From IMG/VR virus record IMGVR_UViG_3300007516_000001: a DNA stretch of 64,000 nt, one strand, 5' to 3'. The stretch's first letter is position 1. Every line of letters starts with the position of its first letter. A program made the position numbers and the translations under genes. The notes beneath the pieces are model-generated. The model searched no databases and had not been told where the DNA came from. It saw only the letters and a program-made list of their open reading frames with translations. This document shows positions 59,705-64,000 of the stretch, in pieces. This stretch comes from a virus.

Positions 59705-60178
59705 ATGAATAAGATATTTGAATACTCGCAAAGTTCGTCCATAATGGAAGTAGAGATTACCCTTGATGGGGAGGTCTTTAAATTTCATCTTGGCAATGAA
59801 TTAAAAATAGTGGAGAATAAAATTAACAACATGGTTAAAACCCAGCCCGCAGGTTATGGTTTTATATCAATGCTACATAAAAGAATGTTAGCGAAGTTAA
59901 GGGAGCTAGAAAGACGTAAGAAAAGCACCCATTCTAAATTGTTTCTACACCACTCATCGAGTAGAACCACAAAATTCTACAAAGCTAATAATAAATACCC
60001 TAATAAGGATTTAGCCGCAGCCTCTGCTGAACAGGATAAGAAGTACCAAAGAATCATAAGAGAGATTACCCGAATAGAATCGAATATATCAATATTGGAG
60101 GTATGTGTAAGGTCAATGGAATTGAAATCAAATCTACTCCAAACCCTATCTTCAAATGTACGTAAAGAAAGAAACTAA
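59705..60178 (+). CDS. hypothetical protein
   Basis: 157 aa basic ORF with a coiled-coil-like C-terminus. Confidence 0.65.
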   Translation: MNKIFEYSQSSSIMEVEITLDGEVFKFHLGNELKIVENKINNMVKTQPAGYGFISMLHKRMLAKLRELERRKKSTHSKLFLHHSSSRTTKFYKANNKYPNKDLAAASAEQDKKYQRIIREITRIESNISILEVCVRSMELKSNLLQTLSSNVRKERN

Positions 60179-60193
60179 ATACCACAAATACCT

Positions 60194-60925
60194 ATGTCAA
60201 ACGATAAATTGAAAGCCAAACTAAGGAAGAGGCAAGAGGAGTTAAAGAAAGGAGGAGGTAACTATGATTACTTCATCTTTAAGGAAGGAACTACTCGAAT
60301 GAGACCCCTACCTACTCCACCCAATAAAGATTGGGCTTTAGAGATAACCCATTTCTATATTGGAGGCGAAGTCAAAGGGGTAATATCTGCCGCAACCTTT
60401 GGAGAACGATGTGCCCTATATGAATACTGGCAAAAACTAAAGAAGTCCAAGAAAGCATCCGACCAAAAATTTGCAGACCGAATGAGGCCTAAGCAGAAGT
60501 TCATGGTTGCTCACATCAAGTATGAAGATGATAAGGGTAAAACAATTGATGAGAAAGCAGGAGCAAAACCAGCACTACTTCACAAAGGTATGTATCAATC
60601 CCTACTGGACTTTTACCTTGATGATGATAAGGGAGATTTTACAGACCCTAAGACAGGTTATGATATCAAGTATAAGAGAACAGGTTCAGGTCAGATGGAC
60701 ACAGAATATACTCTTCTTGATGCCCGACCAACTAAGTTAGCATCACCCTACTCGAAGAAAACTTATGATATAGAGGCCATGATAAGAGAATTAGTACCCT
60801 CTTATGAAACCTCTGTTTCTTACTTAGAAGATTTCTTAAAGACCTCCAAGAAAGAAGCCGAAGAAAAGGATGAAGATGAGGCTCCAAGAAAGAAGAAGAA
60901 GAAAAAGAAGAGGTCAGACGTTTAA
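60194..60925 (+). CDS. putative ssDNA-binding protein (T4 gp32-like) with a poly-Lys C-terminal tail
   Basis: N-terminal KLKAKLRKRQEELKKGGGNYDYFIFKEGTTRMRPLP...ITHFY parallels gp32 (...GQAVIRFLP...VNHGF). Adjacent to the recombinase gene. Confidence 0.45.
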   Translation: MSNDKLKAKLRKRQEELKKGGGNYDYFIFKEGTTRMRPLPTPPNKDWALEITHFYIGGEVKGVISAATFGERCALYEYWQKLKKSKKASDQKFADRMRPKQKFMVAHIKYEDDKGKTIDEKAGAKPALLHKGMYQSLLDFYLDDDKGDFTDPKTGYDIKYKRTGSGQMDTEYTLLDARPTKLASPYSKKTYDIEAMIRELVPSYETSVSYLEDFLKTSKKEAEEKDEDEAPRKKKKKKKRSDV

Positions 60926-60945
60926 GACCAGAGAACTAATTATCA

Positions 60946-60971
60946 AGGGAGCTTACATGCTCCCTTTTTTT
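60946..60971 (+). terminator. Intrinsic terminator
   Basis: 7-bp stem agggagc/gctccct with a 6-nt loop, followed by a T7 run. Confidence 0.8.
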
Positions 60972-60988
60972 AACCCTAAAAATTAAAT

Positions 60989-62137
60989 ATGGCAGCAATT
61001 AAGTTAATGTCAGATAAAGACCTACAAAAGAAATATGGTTCGGCCTCTGTGGTTGCGAAGGATATTACTATTGAAAATAAAAGAGCCCTTAGAATACCCT
61101 CTAGGGTTATATGGTTGAATGCACAAACCGGAGGGGGTTTAGTTTATGGGAAAGTCCATGAGATATTCGGTTATGAATCCACCGGTAAAAGTCTAATAGC
61201 AAAAGACTTTGGGTATGTAACCCAATCCTTAGGTGGGGTAGTATTATGGGATGATGCAGAACAAGCATTTGATTACGCATGGGCTGTAAAGAATGGACTT
61301 GACCTTGATAAACTCTACGTGTATGATGGTAATGATATCGAAGGAGTTTCAGATTGGGCTAGAGATATGTCACTATATCATAGGTCTAAACTGGTAAACA
61401 ATGAGCCCATCCTATTAGTCATTGATTCACTAGCTGCCCTTGAAACCCTTGAAGAGATTGACGGAGACCAGAAGAATGTGAAAGGAAGCTATGGTATGGG
61501 TAAGGCAAAGAAGATAAATGAGTTTTACCGGAAGCGAATAGGGTTCTTTAAGAAGTATGGTATTACAGTTATCATAGTGAACCAGATAAGGAAGAAGATA
61601 AATGCCACTATGTATGAGAACGCGGAGATAACCCCTGGAGGTGATGCAACTAAGTTCTTTGCTTCAATGCGAATCGCTTTAGCTGCCAGTACCATGTTAA
61701 AGGGTAGCATAGTTAAGGGGGTATTTAAAGAGGATAAAATGAAGGGCATGAAAGTCGGTAGAAGAATCTTTCTTGATGTCATAAAGAATAAAACTTACCC
61801 TCTAATGCCTCGAGTTAAAACCACTGTTTACTTTCGGGACATGGTAGTTGATTACGTAGGGTATGATAGGTATAATGGATTACCCGAAATATTTGTGAGG
61901 CTTAAGATAGTTAAGAAGAAGGGTTCAAGATATTACAGGAAGGGTACATTGATATGTAACGGAGAAGATAAATTTATCAGGCTTTTGCATGACGATGATA
62001 AATTGCGCAAGCTTTTAGTATCTAAGGCCAACATAAATACTATATCAAAGACAAGAAAATTGCTAGAAACAATGGATGAGAACCTCTATCCTATGCCAAA
62101 AGCCTCTAAAAAATCAAAGGATGAAGAAGAAGAATAG
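60989..62137 (+). CDS. RecA/UvsX-like recombinase
   Basis: Walker A GKVHEIFGYESTGKSLIA (compare RecA GRIVEIYGPESSGKT). Walker B LLVIDSLAAL. Confidence 0.85.
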   Translation: MAAIKLMSDKDLQKKYGSASVVAKDITIENKRALRIPSRVIWLNAQTGGGLVYGKVHEIFGYESTGKSLIAKDFGYVTQSLGGVVLWDDAEQAFDYAWAVKNGLDLDKLYVYDGNDIEGVSDWARDMSLYHRSKLVNNEPILLVIDSLAALETLEEIDGDQKNVKGSYGMGKAKKINEFYRKRIGFFKKYGITVIIVNQIRKKINATMYENAEITPGGDATKFFASMRIALAASTMLKGSIVKGVFKEDKMKGMKVGRRIFLDVIKNKTYPLMPRVKTTVYFRDMVVDYVGYDRYNGLPEIFVRLKIVKKKGSRYYRKGTLICNGEDKFIRLLHDDDKLRKLLVSKANINTISKTRKLLETMDENLYPMPKASKKSKDEEEE

Positions 62138-63014
62138 AACCCACATATTAGTTGATGGAAACAACTTAATGTACAGAGCTCATAATACCCATGAGAAGTT
62201 TAGATACAAAGGAAAACCTACTTCAATCCTATATGGTGTACCCAGTATCATATCGGGTATGGCAAGAGAATATCCGGGTGCAGAAATCGTAGTGTTCTTC
62301 GATGGGTACAAGCATTATAAGAGGCAGCAATTGATGAACAACCTTTACAAAGCCCAAAGGAAGGAGAAGAAACTAAACTCTACCTATGACCAGATGATGA
62401 GCCAGCAACACCACTTAAAAGTCTTGCTCCAACATCTAGGTATGGACGTGGTACATAACATCAAGTACGAAGCAGATGATTTGATATACCTATACCAGAA
62501 GAAGTTGAGAGATGAGGGCTATGAACATATCTTGATAGTGAGCTCAGATAAAGACTTCCATCAATTGATAAGCAAGTATGTGAAGGTATATCATAGTGTA
62601 AGAGGCTTACTAAATGCAAAGAAGGTAAAAGAAATCTATGGGTATTCACCTAGAGAAACTGTTGCATACCTAAGTCTTACGGGAGATACCTCAGATAACA
62701 TCAAGGGAGTAGGAGGTATTGGGCCATCGAAGGCAAGAAGCATACTCGATGAAATCATAAGAGCCGAAGAGAAGCCTAACTCACTATTCAAGAATCCCCC
62801 CGAAGTTATTACCCCTGAGAAGCATAGGATTCTGAAACTAAACCGGGTATTGATTGACCTTAAGTTATTCCATAAGAAGTACGGGTATACTCCAGTTTGG
62901 GATGAGATTGTGATGAAGGGTAAGTTTGCTTTAGGTAAGTATCTTGCCATGTGTGAAACGTATGGACTAAAAAGATTTTCTGCACCCCAATTCTATAAAG
63001 CCTTTGAAAAATGA
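62121..63014 (+). CDS. 5'-3' exonuclease / flap endonuclease
   Basis: ATG at 62121 (MKKKNRTHILVDGNNLMYRAHN), a PIN-like N-terminus. H3TH motif LTGDTSDNIKGVGGIGPSKA. Confidence 0.9.
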   Translation: MKKKNRTHILVDGNNLMYRAHNTHEKFRYKGKPTSILYGVPSIISGMAREYPGAEIVVFFDGYKHYKRQQLMNNLYKAQRKEKKLNSTYDQMMSQQHHLKVLLQHLGMDVVHNIKYEADDLIYLYQKKLRDEGYEHILIVSSDKDFHQLISKYVKVYHSVRGLLNAKKVKEIYGYSPRETVAYLSLTGDTSDNIKGVGGIGPSKARSILDEIIRAEEKPNSLFKNPPEVITPEKHRILKLNRVLIDLKLFHKKYGYTPVWDEIVMKGKFALGKYLAMCETYGLKRFSAPQFYKAFEK

Positions 63015-64000
63015 TTAAGAAACCCATAGCCATAGCCTTCTCTGATATACACTTTAATAAATGGAAGCAGTTTAATGATGAGGGTAAAAGAATATATGAT
63101 AGTGTCCGGGCTATGAAAGAAATCTCAGATGAGTGCATCCATCTAGGTTCTAAAGATAAACCCTTACCCCTATTATTTGCAGGAGACCTCCTACATAATC
63201 CTAAGAAGCTCGATAACGATATATTCAATCAGGTAAGTGCAGCCCTTAGAAGTGTATTATATAATAGGGGTATAACAATGTATAGCATAAGCGGTAATCA
63301 TGACCAATTTGAAAGGAACACTATAACCCATAACTCGGCCACTTGGTTAAACGGACTTGCAGAACTAACCCCTAAGTATTTTAAGCTGGTTGACTTTAGT
63401 TATCAAGATGTAGGCCCCATAAGGATTCATGGAATACCCTACCTAAAGAATAATAATGGCTTCATGGAATCCCTAGAACAATTAGACCAGTACACAAGGG
63501 GTAGTAATTTCAATATTCTAATGATTCATACCGACATACCTGGAGCAGAGGATTGTTCTAACAGAGTAATAGAGAAGGTAGATGGACTACCAGCTAAACT
63601 CAAGAGGGCTTTTAAAAAGTATAGACTGGTACTTAATGGCCACATACATAAACCCCAAGTGAACATCAAAGGAAAGCTAATAACTCTAGGCTCACCCATA
63701 CACCAAGTGAAAAGTGATGCGGGGGAGAAGATGGGGTATTGGGTTATCTACAATGATGCCTCCTATATGTTCAATAGACTGAAAGGATATCCTCGGTTTA
63801 TTAATTTGAAGGCCGGCAAAGAGCCTAAGGAAGATAGAAACTTCTACATAACAAAGCCTAAGTTGAGGGTTGAATCAGAAGATGCAGTTGACTTCACTAA
63901 TACCGAGGATAGAATAGGTATCGGTAATAAATATTGCAAAGTAAACAAAGCTACTAAAGAACAACAGAAAGCCCTGGTTACAATCTTAAACCAAACCTAT
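63011..64000 (+). CDS. Mre11/SbcD-like nuclease (3' end beyond the window)
   Basis: ATG at 63011 overlaps the FEN stop (ATGA). The frame is open to the window end. Phosphoesterase motifs FSDIH, AGDLLH, GNHD and NGHIH. Confidence 0.8.
   Translation, partial: MIKKPIAIAFSDIHFNKWKQFNDEGKRIYDSVRAMKEISDECIHLGSKDKPLPLLFAGDLLHNPKKLDNDIFNQVSAALRSVLYNRGITMYSISGNHDQFERNTITHNSATWLNGLAELTPKYFKLVDFSYQDVGPIRIHGIPYLKNNNGFMESLEQLDQYTRGSNFNILMIHTDIPGAEDCSNRVIEKVDGLPAKLKRAFKKYRLVLNGHIHKPQVNIKGKLITLGSPIHQVKSDAGEKMGYWVIYNDASYMFNRLKGYPRFINLKAGKEPKEDRNFYITKPKLRVESEDAVDFTNTEDRIGIGNKYCKVNKATKEQQKALVTILNQTY

Noticed and set aside
1-64000. Search for a lysogeny module, transposases or defence islands
   Set aside because: I recognised no integrase, excisionase, repressor or transposase-like motif. 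The content is consistent with a virulent phage, although many small ORFs are unassignable by eye.

Overview
This window looks like most of the genome of a contractile-tailed dsDNA phage, with no rRNA, tRNA, CRISPR array or integrase detected. Almost all genes are on the + strand. The expression signals are of the Bacteroidota type: TAnnTTTG -7 boxes and A-rich leaders with no Shine-Dalgarno sequence.

Layout:
- 1-16,000: an early or accessory region of about 35 small, mostly unrecognisable ORFs. It includes several paralogue families, repeated stem-loop plus promoter cassettes, and two GC-rich structured non-coding islands.
- 16,100-18,950: a minus-strand small gene, a divergent C5-cytosine methyltransferase-like gene, a membrane protein and an amidase endolysin.
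- 19,039-46,147: packaging, head, contractile tail (with a frameshifted tail chaperone), P2/Mu-like baseplate and tail fibres.
- 46,144-46,776: a lone minus-strand sigma-factor-like gene.
- 46,889-64,000: the replication, recombination and nucleotide-metabolism module. It holds a DnaB-like helicase, primase, SF2 helicase, two ThyA-fold proteins, dCMP deaminase, family A DNA polymerase, MazG-like protein, CYTH protein, P-loop kinase-like protein, gp32-like SSB, RecA/UvsX-like recombinase, FEN and an Mre11/SbcD-like nuclease.

The most interesting candidates are:
- A tandemly amplified family of at least six copies encoding a small W-x-TCACGNLCDAIPR protein.
- PeSL-like mobile terminator/promoter cassettes that appear to mediate module shuffling.
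- A pyrimidine-modification-type gene set in which the ThyA-fold enzyme carries Asp at the position that sets cytosine versus uracil specificity.
- Structured non-coding islands with iteron-like tandem repeats.
- A recurrent exact 11-mer, GGCATACTATA, just upstream of three start codons.

All functional calls come from motif recognition by eye. No database search was run.
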